Of a DNA stretch of 64,000 bases, positions 27,753-38,101 are shown piece after piece; within the stretch, counting starts at the first letter, position 1; every line of letters starts with the position of its first letter. The translations under genes were made by a program, and so were the position numbers. Source of the DNA: Parcubacteria bacterium C7867-005 (GTDB lineage: Bacteria > Patescibacteriota > Minisyncoccia > Phycocordibacterales > Zambryskibacteraceae). The notes beneath the pieces were generated by a model that worked only from the letters and a program-made list of their open reading frames with translations, did not search any database and was not told the origin of the DNA. The stretch covers positions 156,848 to 220,847 of the forward strand of contig LFCO01000001.1 in NCBI GenBank assembly GCA_001189165.1, given 5' to 3'.

Positions 27753-27941
27753 ATGAAGCAAAGGACGTTAGCCGAAGACGCAACGAGTGGTAAGCCCAGG
27801 CTCGACACCATGACCCGAAGGAGAGCGGAAGCTGCACTTGATCGTGAGATCAGAACAGCATACTCCAACAAGCTTTCGGGCCACCCGACCTGGACACCCA
27901 TCAACTACCACGATGGTCGCGGTACGCCAGTGAGGCCCTAA
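27753..27941 (+). CDS. GC-rich small basic protein (cassette 6, 62 aa)
   Basis: AGGAGAGG 3 nt upstream of ATG 27753; MKQRTLAEDATSGKPRLDTMTRRRAEAALDREIRTAYSNKL...; terminator overlaps the uvrA stop. Confidence 0.5.
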   Translation: MKQRTLAEDATSGKPRLDTMTRRRAEAALDREIRTAYSNKLSGHPTWTPINYHDGRGTPVRP

Positions 27942-27942
27942 G

Positions 27943-27985
27943 GGAGTAGCAGAAATGCTACTCCTTCTTCCTTTTATTTTTCTTC
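27943..27985 (+). terminator. rho-independent terminator (9-bp stem GGAGTAGCA/TGCTACTCC, GAAA loop, then TTCTTCCTTTTATTTTTCTTC)
   Basis: Arms 27943-27951/27956-27964; the uvrA stop codon (27958-27960) lies in the 3' arm. Confidence 0.8.
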
Positions 27986-30615
27986 AAAATTTTTCTTAAA
28001 TATGTTCCGGTGTGTGTATCAGTATTTGCCACCTCCTCTGGTGTTCCCTTGGCTACCAATTTTCCACCACCGTCTCCACCTTCAGGACCGATGTCCAAAA
28101 CATAATCCGCACTTTTGACAAGATCGAGGTTATGCTCGATCACCACCACAGTGTTTCCTTTGTCTACTAATTTTTGCAAAATTTCTATAAGTTTCTTTAC
28201 ATCCTCATAATGTAGACCTATCGTGGGCTCATCCAAGATATACATAGTTTTTTGTACATGAGGACGATAGAGCTCTGAGGAGATCTTCACTCTCTGTGCT
28301 TCTCCACCTGAAAGAGTCGTAGCTGACTGCCCGAGCTTCAGATAACCCAGACCCACATCACTCATGGATTTTAATCTGTCATAGATTGCGGGGATGTCCT
28401 CAAAGAATCTGAGGGCTTCTTCTACTGTCATCTCCAACACTTGGAAGATATTTTTCTTTTTGTATTCGACTTCAAGGGTTTCTTTCATAAACCTCTTACC
28501 ACGACACACGTCACATGGTACATAGACAGTTGGGAGGAAATGCATCTCTACTTCGATCATCCCATTACCCTGACAAGTTTCGCACCTTCCCCCCTTTACA
28601 TTGAATGAGAATCTGTTTGCTTTCCAACCACGTGCACGTGCTTCGGATGATTCTGCAAAAAGGTCACGAATAAAAGTGAATGCCCCCGTATAGGTGGCTG
28701 GGTTTGAGCGTGGTGTACGACCAATCGGAGACTGGTCGATGAGTATCGCTCGACCGATGTATTCACTACCCGCAAAGGACTGTGCATTGTGTGTTTCTGC
28801 ACTCCTGTATCTACGATCGAGTCTGGCCTGAAGATTTTTATAAAGGATTTCGTAGATGAAAGAAGATTTACCCGATCCAGAGACGCCGGTGACAGCGACT
28901 AATCGTCCGAGAGGGATATCTACATTCAAATGTTTGATATTGAATATCTTCCCCGCGCGAATTTGAATACTGCCTTTTTCTGAGGATCTCCTTTCTTCTG
29001 GCACAGATATTTCACTCTCCTCTCGAAGATATGAGAGTGTCAGAGATTTTGAATCATTCTTCTTCGCGGTCAAAAGTGGCTCGAGGTAATCAGCGACGAC
29101 GACGTGTCCGCCGTGTATACCTGCTCCAGGACCAATATCTACGATATAATCCGAAGAATAAATTGTATCTTCGTCGTGCTCGACGATGAGAATGGTGTTA
29201 CCCAGATCACGCAAGTCGAGGAGGGTTTTGATCAATCTGTCATTATCCCTCGAGTGTAGACCGATAGTGGGTTCGTCGAGCACGTAGAGTGCCCCCACGA
29301 GCCCAGAACCAAGCTGGGAAGCGAGTCTAATACGCTGTGCTTCTCCACCTGAAAGTGTGTGGGCTCGTCTGTCCAGGGTCAAATAATCGATACCCACGTT
29401 TAACATGAATTCGAGTCTGGAAGCGATCTCTTTGATCACCACTCTGGAGATATTTTTCTCCCTGATGGTTAGTTTGATTTTCTTGAAAAACTCATCTGCC
29501 TCTTTGATCGATTGTGCTACAACTTCTACGATATTTTTTCCGCCAACCAAAACATGCAGAGCTTCTTCACGTAGTCGTTTTCCTTTACATTTTGGACATG
29601 GTGTACTGCCAAAAAGATATTTGGTACCTAAACCATTACACTCTGGACACGCGCCGTATGGAGAGTTAAACGAAAATAATCTAGGCTCTATCTCGGGGAA
29701 AGAAAAACCATCTTTCGGGCAAGCCCACTTTGCTGACATGAGAAACTCTTCTGATGTTTCTACGGGTTTTTTACCATCCACAGACATATCTCTAAAACGA
29801 ACCACTAGTAACCCGTCTGATTCATGGATAGATTTCTCTATAGACTCGGATAAGCGTTCGTTCGCAGTCTTTTCATCACTCTTGAATTCATTCAGACTGA
29901 TTGAATCCACTAATACACTGATGTTGTGTGCCTTCGTTTTGGTCAGCACAATCCTCTCTCGGAGTTTCTTGCGCTCACCGTCTACCAAAACTTCTGTGTA
30001 CCCCTTGCCCAAGAGATCATAGAGTAGTTGATAGTATTCACCCTTCCTGCCACGGACGATTGGCGAGAAGATCTCTACATAGATTGGTAAATTTATTTTC
30101 TTCCCATTTGTCTGTGGATTTTTTTCTGCTTTTTCATTGATTTTATCCAGTACAAAATTTTTGATCTCTTCGTTTGAAAGTTTTTTGATCTCTGTCCCAC
30201 AAACCAAACAATGCGGTCTGCCTACTCGGGCAAACAAAATACGAAGATAATCATAGATCTCAGTGATAGTGGCCACTGTAGAGCGAGGGTTATTCGAACG
30301 TGAGGTCTGATCGATAGAGATAGCCGGAGACAAACCGACTATTTCATCTACATCTGGTTTCTGCATCTGCTTTAAAAACTGTCTTGCATATGAAGAAAGA
30401 GATTCTACATATCTACGCTGACCTTCGGCAAAAATCGTGTCGAATGCCAAAGAGGATTTACCTGAGCCAGAAAGTCCGGTGAAAACGATCATTTTGCCAC
30501 GAGGCATCTCCACAGTGATGTTCTTCAGGTTGTGGGTACGCGCACCACGGACAATGATTATATCTTGGTTTGGTTGTTTTTTGTCTTTGGACATACAAAG
30601 ATGGCCCCGGGACAT
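27958..30615 (-). CDS. uvrA: excinuclease ABC subunit A
   Basis: 885 aa, two ABC ATPase modules ([16 protein letters not shown]; [15 protein letters not shown]), zinc-finger cysteines, [15 protein letters not shown] start. Confidence 0.95.
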   Translation of the reverse strand: MSRGHLCMSKDKKQPNQDIIIVRGARTHNLKNITVEMPRGKMIVFTGLSGSGKSSLAFDTIFAEGQRRYVESLSSYARQFLKQMQKPDVDEIVGLSPAISIDQTSRSNNPRSTVATITEIYDYLRILFARVGRPHCLVCGTEIKKLSNEEIKNFVLDKINEKAEKNPQTNGKKINLPIYVEIFSPIVRGRKGEYYQLLYDLLGKGYTEVLVDGERKKLRERIVLTKTKAHNISVLVDSISLNEFKSDEKTANERLSESIEKSIHESDGLLVVRFRDMSVDGKKPVETSEEFLMSAKWACPKDGFSFPEIEPRLFSFNSPYGACPECNGLGTKYLFGSTPCPKCKGKRLREEALHVLVGGKNIVEVVAQSIKEADEFFKKIKLTIREKNISRVVIKEIASRLEFMLNVGIDYLTLDRRAHTLSGGEAQRIRLASQLGSGLVGALYVLDEPTIGLHSRDNDRLIKTLLDLRDLGNTILIVEHDEDTIYSSDYIVDIGPGAGIHGGHVVVADYLEPLLTAKKNDSKSLTLSYLREESEISVPEERRSSEKGSIQIRAGKIFNIKHLNVDIPLGRLVAVTGVSGSGKSSFIYEILYKNLQARLDRRYRSAETHNAQSFAGSEYIGRAILIDQSPIGRTPRSNPATYTGAFTFIRDLFAESSEARARGWKANRFSFNVKGGRCETCQGNGMIEVEMHFLPTVYVPCDVCRGKRFMKETLEVEYKKKNIFQVLEMTVEEALRFFEDIPAIYDRLKSMSDVGLGYLKLGQSATTLSGGEAQRVKISSELYRPHVQKTMYILDEPTIGLHYEDVKKLIEILQKLVDKGNTVVVIEHNLDLVKSADYVLDIGPEGGDGGGKLVAKGTPEEVANTDTHTGTYLRKILKKNKRKKE

Positions 30616-30660
30616 GCCCTAGGGGTTAGATACGAACAAACTATATCATAAAAACCTGAT

Positions 30661-30689
30661 TTGACTATATGGTGGTTTTTATTTATGGT
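30661..30689 (+). promoter_or_regulatory. sigma70-like promoter TTGACT-17-TATGGT for cassette 7
   Basis: -35 30661-30666, -10 30684-30689. Confidence 0.55.
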
Positions 30690-30738
30690 AGTGAGAGGCC
30701 CCCGATGTACATCTGTCCACACATTCCGGAGACAGCGC

Positions 30739-31107
30739 ATGCAGCAACGTACGACCGACGCCGTGGAGCCCACCCAAGTTCGGAGTCAGACCCCCTGCCA
30801 CAGGACCACGATCAGGCTCGATGAGGTGGACACTGACCGCCTCACGAGAATGCTAGGCCACGAATTCCCTGACCCGAGGGTCCAGATCGCAAGCGCGTTC
30901 AACACCGACATCTCCGAGATCAGCGACGAACTCCTCGATCGGATCAACGCGGTGACCAACCACGTCGAGGCTCTCGGTCTCTTCGGAGTTCTGCGCAGGC
31001 ACTACTACGGCGAGAATGACATCAACGCCGTCGTGCGGTGTGTCGCCTGCTTCTGTCGGAAGCCCGCGCCAGAGCCCGCGACTGCTTCGGCCCCCATGGT
31101 GCACTAG
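30739..31107 (+). CDS. GC-rich hypothetical protein (cassette 7, 122 aa)
   Basis: GGAG upstream of ATG 30739; MQQRTTDAVEPTQVRSQTPCHRTTIRLDEVDTDRL...VVRCVACFCRKPAPEPATASAPMVH; terminator at 31129. Confidence 0.5.
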   Translation: MQQRTTDAVEPTQVRSQTPCHRTTIRLDEVDTDRLTRMLGHEFPDPRVQIASAFNTDISEISDELLDRINAVTNHVEALGLFGVLRRHYYGENDINAVVRCVACFCRKPAPEPATASAPMVH

Positions 31108-31128
31108 ACGAACGTCTACCACCTCCAC

Positions 31129-31160
31129 CTCCGCCCTCACAGGCGGAGTCTTATTTTTTA
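31129..31160 (+). terminator. rho-independent terminator (CTCCGCC/GGCGGAG stem, loop CTCACA, then TCTTATTTTTTATC)
   Basis: 7-bp arms 31129-31135/31142-31148; T-run overlaps the uvrB stop. Confidence 0.7.
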
Positions 31161-33214
31161 TCTTCTTTATCCAGTCGCTTTTCTAAGAGTCTGATCTCAT
31201 CTCGGATTATAGCTGCTGTCTCAAAGTCGAGATCTCTCACTGCGATTTCCATTTCTTCTCTTTTGGCTTTGATAAATTTCTTTGGATTTTTGTCGAAAAT
31301 CAACTCATCTGTTTCTAATAAAACATTTACAGCGTTGTGGTGCTCACGCTCAAGAGTGTCAGTGATGTCTTTGATTTTTTTCTTGATAGTGATCGGGGTG
31401 ATGCCGTGCTTTTTGTTATAAGCCATCTGTATCTCCCTTCTTCTTTTTGTCTCCCCCATCGCCCTCTCCATCGAGCCGGTGACTGTGTCTGCGTACAAAA
31501 TAACCTTACCTTCTACATTCCTCGCAGCACGACCAATAATCTGGATAAGGGAAGTCTCTGAGCGTAGGAAGCCCTCTTTGTCCGCATCGAGGATACCAAT
31601 AAAAGTAACCTCGGGTAAATCGAGTCCTTCTCGAAGCAAATTTACACCAACCAAACAATCAAAAACCCCTTTACGGAAATCTGTGAGGATCTCTATACGC
31701 TCGATGGTCTTGATCTCACTATGTAGATACCTCGCTTTGATTTTCTTTTCCTTTAGAAATTCGGATAAATCTTCTGCCATCTTCTTGGTGAGGGTGGTAG
31801 CGATCACCCGACCACCCTTTTTAATCGCTTTCTCAGTCTCATTTATAAAATCACTGATCTGTCCATCATAGTTTCCCTTACTCTGTATTGGTCGCACGGT
31901 CACTTCTGGATCGATGAGTCCTGTGGGCCTGATCACTTGCTCGACTACTTTCTTACTGTTTGCTTTCTCATAGACACTTGGTGTAGCTGAAGTGAAGATC
32001 ACCTGACCAATCCGCTTTTCAAATTCATCGAACATGAGTGGTCTATTGTCTTTGGCTGACGGGAGTCTGAATCCATGCTCAACCAATGTTTCTTTCCTTG
32101 ATCTGTCACCGGCAAACATCCCACCGATCTGAGGAATCGTGACGTGGGATTCATCTATGATCGTGAGGAAGTCTGCACTACCGTCTTTCTTGTGGGGGAA
32201 ATACGAGAGCAGTGTGTCTGGTGCCTCACCAACTTTTTTGCCAGAGAAATGCCTGGAATAATTTTCTATGCCGTTGCAGTAACCGACCTCACGAATGAGT
32301 GCGAGGTCGTATGATGTTCTCCTTTTTAATCTATCTGCTTCCAAAATTTTTCCGTCTTTTTTAAATTGTTCTAGCTGTTTGTCTAGCTCCAGCTTGATAC
32401 TCTGTATAGCCTTTTTCACCTGCTCTTCATCGGTGATGAAATGCTTTGCGGGGAAAAGATAGAAAACTTCTGGTTCACTGATCACCGTCCTCGACACTCC
32501 GTCTATACGCTTTATCGCGGAGATATGGCTGTCTTCTATCTCTATCCTATATATAGTCTTCTCTCCTGTGGGCATGATTTCTACTGCATTGCCGAGTGCT
32601 CTAAATGTTCCTGATTTGATATCCGAATTCGTACGAGAGAAATGGATATCGATCAGTTCTCTGATAAAATCCGCACGAGAGATCTTGTCTCCTTTAGAGA
32701 TTTTCATATTCACCTTCTCATATTCTTCTGGTGAACCTAAACCGTATATACAAGATACAGAGGCGACGATGATTACATCCTTTCTGGTTAAAAGAGCCTG
32801 GGTTGAAGCGTGCCTCAGCCTCTCGATCTCTTCGTTGATCATAGCTTCTTTTTCTATATAAGTATCCGTCACCGGCATATATGCTTCGGGCTGATAATAA
32901 TCGTAGTAAGAAACGAAGTAATGAACCGCATTGTCTGGGAAGAATTCTCTGTACTCTTGGGCGAGTTGTGCGGCCAGGGTTTTATTGTGAGCGATGACCA
33001 GAGTAGGTTTACCTATCTGCTCTATGACATTTGCGGCTGTGAAGGTTTTACCCGATCCGGTGACACCTAGGAGGGTTTGTTTGTCCAATCCATCTTTAAT
33101 ACCGGAGACGAGCTCCTTGATAGCTTTGGGCTGATCCCCCGCTGGTTTAAATTCATTTCTGATCTTAAAAACTGACATTTGTCGAATTATACTTTTTTCA
33201 AACCCCAAAAACAA
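31151..33214 (-). CDS. uvrB: excinuclease ABC subunit B
   Basis: FKPAGDQPKAIKELVSG, helicase motifs, C-terminal UVR domain. Likely real start MSVFKI at 33178, with TATAAT (33186-33191) 7 nt upstream and no SD, so possibly leaderless. Confidence 0.93.
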   Translation of the reverse strand: MFLGFEKSIIRQMSVFKIRNEFKPAGDQPKAIKELVSGIKDGLDKQTLLGVTGSGKTFTAANVIEQIGKPTLVIAHNKTLAAQLAQEYREFFPDNAVHYFVSYYDYYQPEAYMPVTDTYIEKEAMINEEIERLRHASTQALLTRKDVIIVASVSCIYGLGSPEEYEKVNMKISKGDKISRADFIRELIDIHFSRTNSDIKSGTFRALGNAVEIMPTGEKTIYRIEIEDSHISAIKRIDGVSRTVISEPEVFYLFPAKHFITDEEQVKKAIQSIKLELDKQLEQFKKDGKILEADRLKRRTSYDLALIREVGYCNGIENYSRHFSGKKVGEAPDTLLSYFPHKKDGSADFLTIIDESHVTIPQIGGMFAGDRSRKETLVEHGFRLPSAKDNRPLMFDEFEKRIGQVIFTSATPSVYEKANSKKVVEQVIRPTGLIDPEVTVRPIQSKGNYDGQISDFINETEKAIKKGGRVIATTLTKKMAEDLSEFLKEKKIKARYLHSEIKTIERIEILTDFRKGVFDCLVGVNLLREGLDLPEVTFIGILDADKEGFLRSETSLIQIIGRAARNVEGKVILYADTVTGSMERAMGETKRRREIQMAYNKKHGITPITIKKKIKDITDTLEREHHNAVNVLLETDELIFDKNPKKFIKAKREEMEIAVRDLDFETAAIIRDEIRLLEKRLDKEDKK

Positions 33215-33224
33215 AGATCCCAGG

Positions 33225-33494
33225 CTACAAAGTAGCCTGGGGTGATTCGGGCGAACCCTTGAAGTTGAGTTCGAGAACCATCGTCTTGTGGCCGATGGGC
33301 TTCTGCTCGCCCCCCTCTCGCTTCACGGCCTCGCGCTCTTCGTAGCACTCATTGCATACGTGAGCGTTCCGAGTGCTTGGGGTGAGGAGACCCCAGATCT
33401 GGTGAGTCGCGCGTTCCTTCTTGCAGTCCTCGCAAGGAATGGGGAAATATCCCCTGAGATGATTGAGGACGTTCGGGATCACAGGAGCAGGCAC
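33225..33494 (-). CDS. GC-rich zinc-ribbon protein (cassette 8, 89 aa, GTG start)
   Basis: GGAGG 4 nt upstream of GTG 33494; CEDCKKERATHQ...17 aa...CNECYEE (two CxxC); GC3 higher on this strand than on the overlapping plus ORF; 10-bp hairpin CCCAGGCTAC/GTAGCCTGGG (33219-33241) plus T-tract downstream on the minus strand. Confidence 0.5.
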   Translation of the reverse strand: MPAPVIPNVLNHLRGYFPIPCEDCKKERATHQIWGLLTPSTRNAHVCNECYEEREAVKREGGEQKPIGHKTMVLELNFKGSPESPQATL

Positions 33495-33533
33495 GGGACC
33501 TCCGTTGGGCGTGGATGGGAGCGGTCTTTGTAG

Positions 33534-33562
33534 AAAATATAACTATTTCAAATACTTTGCAA
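33534..33562 (-). promoter_or_regulatory. sigma70-like promoter TTGCAA-17-TATTTT (minus strand) for cassette 8
   Basis: -35 at 33557-33562 and -10 at 33534-33539 on the minus strand; overlaps the tgt stop codon. Confidence 0.45.
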
Positions 33563-34748
33563 GGAAATCTGTCTTGAGTTTTTCAAAATTATCATCCAGA
33601 ATCGCTTGGCGCATTCGCTTCACGAGGTTAGTGATGAAATACAAATTATGTATAGAACCCAATGTTGACGCGAGCATTTCCTTGGATCTATACAGGTGTG
33701 AGAGGTAGCCGAGCGAATAATCTTTACATGTTGAACATCCACAGCGTGGATCGATCGGCCCCTCTGCCTCTACGAATTGTGCATTGCCGATATTTATTTT
33801 ACCTTCTTCCGTATACAGAGTTCCCCCACGAGCGCGTCGTGTTGGTGCTACACAGTCAAAGAGGTCTACACCATTCTCTACACCCATGAAGAGATCTTCT
33901 GGCTCGCCTATACCGAGCAAGTGTCTAGGTTTATCTTTGGGCAAGACACCATTCACCCAGAGTACTGCGGTACTCATATCTTCTTTGGCAAAAGATCCGC
34001 CAATACCAAATCCATCAAAATCCATTCTACCGATAAATTCTGCAGACCTTTTGCGCAAATTCTCCTCTCGTCCACCTTGGACAATTCCAAATAATGCCTG
34101 AGACTCTGAATTGATTTTTGATTTGTGATATTCCAAACTTTTTTTGGCCCACCTATGTGTACGATCTAAAGCTTCTTCTTGATAAGCAACAGTCTCTGAT
34201 GGTGAGGTGCATTCATCAAAAGCAAATATAATATCCGCACCGAGGTTATGTTGAATCTCTACAGATTTCTCTGGGGTGATGTAGTGAAGTGACCCATCAA
34301 GATGAGAGCGAAAAGAAACTCCATCGGACCCTATAGTGGCTAGCCTGGGTGCTTCATGATCCATCGATCGCTCTGATATCAGTCTGGATGGATCAGTGAT
34401 AGAGATAACTTTGTTCAAGTTTTTGCCGTAGGCAGCACCGAGGGAGAAAACCTGGAATCCACCCGAGTCAGTCATGATCGGACCAAACCAGTTCATGAAT
34501 TTGTGTAGACCTCCAAATTTTTTTACCCTCTCATCCCCCGGTTGTAGATATAGATGGTAAGTATTTGCTAATACTACATCTGCGCCAGTATTCTTTACAT
34601 CATCAGTACTCAAAGCTTTGACTGTGGCCTTGGTACCCACGGTCACAAACGCTGGGGTGGGTATCACTCCGTGAGGCGTCTCCAAAGTACCTGCACGACC
34701 AAGCTTGCCTTGGAGCTCTTTTATTATGCTGAATTTGATCGGCTTCAT
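33543..34748 (-). CDS. tgt: queuine tRNA-ribosyltransferase
   Basis: TPHGVIPTPAFVTVGTKATVK, VLANTYHLYLQPG, GPIMTDSGGFQVFSL, C-terminal CxCxxC zinc site. Confidence 0.92.
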   Translation of the reverse strand: MKPIKFSIIKELQGKLGRAGTLETPHGVIPTPAFVTVGTKATVKALSTDDVKNTGADVVLANTYHLYLQPGDERVKKFGGLHKFMNWFGPIMTDSGGFQVFSLGAAYGKNLNKVISITDPSRLISERSMDHEAPRLATIGSDGVSFRSHLDGSLHYITPEKSVEIQHNLGADIIFAFDECTSPSETVAYQEEALDRTHRWAKKSLEYHKSKINSESQALFGIVQGGREENLRKRSAEFIGRMDFDGFGIGGSFAKEDMSTAVLWVNGVLPKDKPRHLLGIGEPEDLFMGVENGVDLFDCVAPTRRARGGTLYTEEGKINIGNAQFVEAEGPIDPRCGCSTCKDYSLGYLSHLYRSKEMLASTLGSIHNLYFITNLVKRMRQAILDDNFEKLKTDFLAKYLK

Positions 34749-34787
34749 CGGTACACAATAGCAAATGAAGTTTAAATATAAAATTTA

Positions 34788-34816
34788 TTGACCTAACTCT
34801 AGGATAAAGATATAAA
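34788..34816 (+). promoter_or_regulatory. sigma70-like promoter TTGACC-17-TATAAA for cassette 9
   Basis: -35 34788-34793, -10 34811-34816. Confidence 0.55.
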
Positions 34817-34851
34817 TATGAAGGAACAGATTTCTCACGCCGAGGTATACC

Positions 34852-35070
34852 ATGGGCAGCACAGCAATAGATCGCATGTTCCAAGGCAAGTCGGTCAGAG
34901 AGTTGATTGCCATTGGCACAGAGGAGTCTCGCAAGGAAGCACAGCGCCTGATGGAGATCGAAGCTGACTGCATGGGTATACGCAACCACTACCTATGGGG
35001 CCTGTTTTCCGGACAGAGCAAGCTCCGTGGCCTACAAGACGATGAAGCAGTCACCAAACCCCCGAAGTAA
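34852..35070 (+). CDS. GC-rich hypothetical protein (cassette 9, 72 aa)
   Basis: GAGG upstream of ATG 34852; MGSTAIDRMFQGKSVRELIAIGTEESRKEAQRLMEIEADCMG...; stop codon sits in the loop of the terminator. Confidence 0.5.
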   Translation: MGSTAIDRMFQGKSVRELIAIGTEESRKEAQRLMEIEADCMGIRNHYLWGLFSGQSKLRGLQDDEAVTKPPK

Positions 35071-35095
35071 GTTCGGGGGTCTCTTATTATCTCTT
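35058..35095 (+). terminator. rho-independent terminator (9-bp stem ACCCCCGAA/TTCGGGGGT, loop GTAAG, then CTCTTATTATCTCTT)
   Basis: Arms 35058-35066/35072-35080; overlaps the mreB stop (35087-35089). Confidence 0.75.
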
Positions 35096-36103
35096 GGCGA
35101 TTATAGATTTTTTATAAACATCCAAATGATCTAGAGCGACGCCAGTCCCTTTGGCCACACAAAAGATAGCTTCTTTGGCAAGCTGGGCCTTAACACCTGT
35201 TCGCCTAAAAACAAGTTCAGGTAAATGTCGGAGTTGGGAAGATCCACCGGTCATAATTATTCCTCGGTCTATAATATCTGAAGAAAGTTCTGGAGGGGTT
35301 TCTTGGAGTACATCTTTGATCGCTTTGACCATCTCTCGGAGTTCTTTGCTTATCGCTTTAGTGATCTCATTAGTTTTAATTTCCACTGTACGAGGAAGGC
35401 CCAGGATAAAATCCCTACCTTTCACCGACATGGTGAGCTCTTCGTCCATAGGTACAGCAGATCCAACTTTAATTTTTATATCTTCTGCGGTCTTATCACC
35501 GATAGCGAGGTTGTATGTTTTCTTTATATAGTCTGCTATAGCAGCGTCTATCTTGTTCCCCGCCACCTTAACCGAAGTAGATGCGACGATGCCGCCAAGG
35601 GATATGACAGCGACATCAGTAGTACCACCGCCTATATCTACAATCATGTGCCCCGCTGCCTCTTGGATGGGTATACCCGCACCAATAGCAGCAAGTATTG
35701 GTTCCTTAACCACATAGGCATTTTTTGCACCAGCCTTTATCGCCGCCTCCACAACTGCACGACGCTCAGTGGAAGTAACCCCCGCAGGCACAGAGATCAA
35801 CACATCAGGTTTAAAAATGTTCCACTTGCCCATCGCTTTGTTTATGTAGTAGCGGAGCATTGCCTCAGTCACTCTATAATCAGCAATCACCCCATCCTTC
35901 ATAGGTCTATAAGCGATGATGTTCTCAGGTGTACGACCTATCATGGTCTTAGCCTCTGCTCCTATGGCCAAAATTTTGTTGTCATCTTCTGATACAGCAA
36001 CCACTGAAGGCTCGTTTAGGACAATGCCTATTCCAGGTACAAAGACCAAAATGTTGGTTGTGCCCAAATCTATACCGAGTTTCCTCACTCCAAAGAATTT
36101 CAT
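35087..36103 (-). CDS. mreB: rod shape-determining protein MreB
   Basis: LGIDLGTTNILVFV..., DIGGGTTDVAVISLGG, IIMTGGSSQLRHL actin-fold motifs. Confidence 0.95.
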   Translation of the reverse strand: MKFFGVRKLGIDLGTTNILVFVPGIGIVLNEPSVVAVSEDDNKILAIGAEAKTMIGRTPENIIAYRPMKDGVIADYRVTEAMLRYYINKAMGKWNIFKPDVLISVPAGVTSTERRAVVEAAIKAGAKNAYVVKEPILAAIGAGIPIQEAAGHMIVDIGGGTTDVAVISLGGIVASTSVKVAGNKIDAAIADYIKKTYNLAIGDKTAEDIKIKVGSAVPMDEELTMSVKGRDFILGLPRTVEIKTNEITKAISKELREMVKAIKDVLQETPPELSSDIIDRGIIMTGGSSQLRHLPELVFRRTGVKAQLAKEAIFCVAKGTGVALDHLDVYKKSIIAKR

Positions 36104-36184
36104 ATTTCTATAATACTGTTTAAGGTCTAATTTACAAACAAAGGAAAAACGGGTATTTCATGACCCCTAAGATATAATGTCCTT

Positions 36185-38101
36185 ATGCCGACTAAAGACC
36201 AGCCAGAAAAGTCATATGTGGTAGAGGTTATACCCATAGTCAGAGGGGTAGCCAAATCTACACTTTCATACTTTACCCGAGAGAATTTACCTACTGGATC
36301 TTTTGTACGAATAGAGGTACGCAAGTCAACTGTACTTGGCCTGGTCATCAAAAGCTTTGATGCGCACAGCATCAAGACTGATTTAAAAAGATCTTCATAT
36401 TCCCTGAAAAAGCTTTCGCTTAGTGAAAAGGGGGCGAGGCTCTCTCCATCTTTTATCCGTGCAGCAGAATCATGTGCCAAATATTATGCGACAACTATTG
36501 GGAGTGTGCTGGGTATTCTACTCCCTAAATTTTTCTTAGATTCACCACAACTACTAGGATCTGAATTTTCTCCAAACACCAGATCTCTTACGATCAAAGA
36601 ACCACTTCTCATACAATTCTCTGATCAAGAAAGATACATGGAATACATGAGCATCGTCCGTGAATCTTTTGCGAAATCCAAATCAGTTCTTTTCATAGCC
36701 CCCACTGCAGAAGATGCATTGAGGGCTCACGACATACTGTCCAAAGGAATCAAAGAATACGCTTATACCACTGGAGATAAAGGTCAGAAGGCAGTAAAAG
36801 ATATTTTATTGAAAATTCAAAAAGAAAAACACCCAATTCTCTTTGTCACAACTCCAGCGTTTATAGCTTTTGATAGGCCAGATATGGAAACTGTCATTTT
36901 CGAAAAAGAAAACTCAAGGACATACAAAGCCATGAGCAGACCTTTCGTTGACCTCAGAATCTTTATAGAATTCTTGGCCAAGGAATCAGGTAAGACTCTA
37001 ATATTCGGAGATTCTGTGCTATCCCTAAATTCAATCTGGAAAGAAAAACAAGGTAAATTTGCAGAGCTATCACCACTAAAATGGAAACTCAGTCATGGGG
37101 TGAATGCTAGGTTGGTGGATATGAAGCCGGCGGTTATTGTCGGAGAAGAAAAAGAAAAAAGGTTCAAGATATTTTCAAATGAATTAGTAGAGATGATCGA
37201 GAAGGCTCAGAAGGAAAAACGTAAAGTATTTTTGTTTGGCGCTCGCAAAGGACTCTCCCCTTCAACTATTTGCAAAGATTGTGGTTCGGTGTTGGTCTGT
37301 CAAAATTGTTCGGCTCCAATCGTACTTCACAAAATGGAAGAAGGTAGGATTTATATGTGTCATGCTTGTGGTGCCAAAAGGCCGTCAGAAACCAGGTGTG
37401 ATAAATGCAATAGCTGGGACCTCACTCCACTCGGTATAGGTATAGACCGTATAAAGGAGGAGTTGGAGAGATTATTTCCAGACATACCTATATCTGTATT
37501 GGACAAGGATCACGCCAAAACAAAATCAAAAGCAGAAGCAATAGCCAAAAAATTCGCCAGTGACAAGGGCGGAATACTTATAGGCACAGAATTCGCACTA
37601 TCTTATATAGAGAAGGTTCCTTATGTAGCTATTGTCTCCCTTGATTCTCTATTCTCTATTCCTGACTTCGGTATCAATGAACGAATCTTTTATTTGACCA
37701 GTCGCTTACTTGAGAAGGCAGAGTTTGAATCGATTGTGCAGACCAGAAATATTGGCAAGATAATCCTGCAAGACGCTACAAAAGGGGATGTTTTGGAATT
37801 CTATAGAAAAGAGGTAAAAGAAAGAGAAGAGCTCAACTATCCACCCTTTTCTCTTTTTATAAAAGTTAGAATCGAATGCAAACAAAGTGAAATAGGGAAA
37901 AAAGCTAACCTACTACAAACAATGTTTAGTGATTTTAAACCAGATTTTATCAAGGAAAGAGGTATGAGGAGCGGCAAAATAGCCCTTTCTATGATCCTTC
38001 GTATAAAAAGAGATGCCTGGCCCGACCCAGAGCTTTGTGACAAACTACTTTTGCTAACACCTGATTTTTTGATTAAAGTAGACCCTGAGAGCATATTATG
38101 A
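36185..38101 (+). CDS. priA: primosomal protein N' (PriA)-like, helicase motifs I/II degenerate
   Basis: PriA-type Cys-rich region CKDCGSVLVCQNCSAPIVLHKMEEGRIYMCHACGAKRPSETRCDKCNS; N-terminal 3'-DNA-binding-like domain; expected Walker A (GxGKT) is AKSKS and DEEH is EKEN. Confidence 0.75.
   Translation: MPTKDQPEKSYVVEVIPIVRGVAKSTLSYFTRENLPTGSFVRIEVRKSTVLGLVIKSFDAHSIKTDLKRSSYSLKKLSLSEKGARLSPSFIRAAESCAKYYATTIGSVLGILLPKFFLDSPQLLGSEFSPNTRSLTIKEPLLIQFSDQERYMEYMSIVRESFAKSKSVLFIAPTAEDALRAHDILSKGIKEYAYTTGDKGQKAVKDILLKIQKEKHPILFVTTPAFIAFDRPDMETVIFEKENSRTYKAMSRPFVDLRIFIEFLAKESGKTLIFGDSVLSLNSIWKEKQGKFAELSPLKWKLSHGVNARLVDMKPAVIVGEEKEKRFKIFSNELVEMIEKAQKEKRKVFLFGARKGLSPSTICKDCGSVLVCQNCSAPIVLHKMEEGRIYMCHACGAKRPSETRCDKCNSWDLTPLGIGIDRIKEELERLFPDIPISVLDKDHAKTKSKAEAIAKKFASDKGGILIGTEFALSYIEKVPYVAIVSLDSLFSIPDFGINERIFYLTSRLLEKAEFESIVQTRNIGKIILQDATKGDVLEFYRKEVKEREELNYPPFSLFIKVRIECKQSEIGKKANLLQTMFSDFKPDFIKERGMRSGKIALSMILRIKRDAWPDPELCDKLLLLTPDFLIKVDPESIL

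Noticed and set aside
33288-33533. Plus-strand 81-aa ORF overlapping cassette 8
   Set aside because: The minus-strand frame has a GGAGG-GTG start, a zinc-ribbon CxxC pair, a promoter and a 10-bp hairpin terminator. The plus frame has none.
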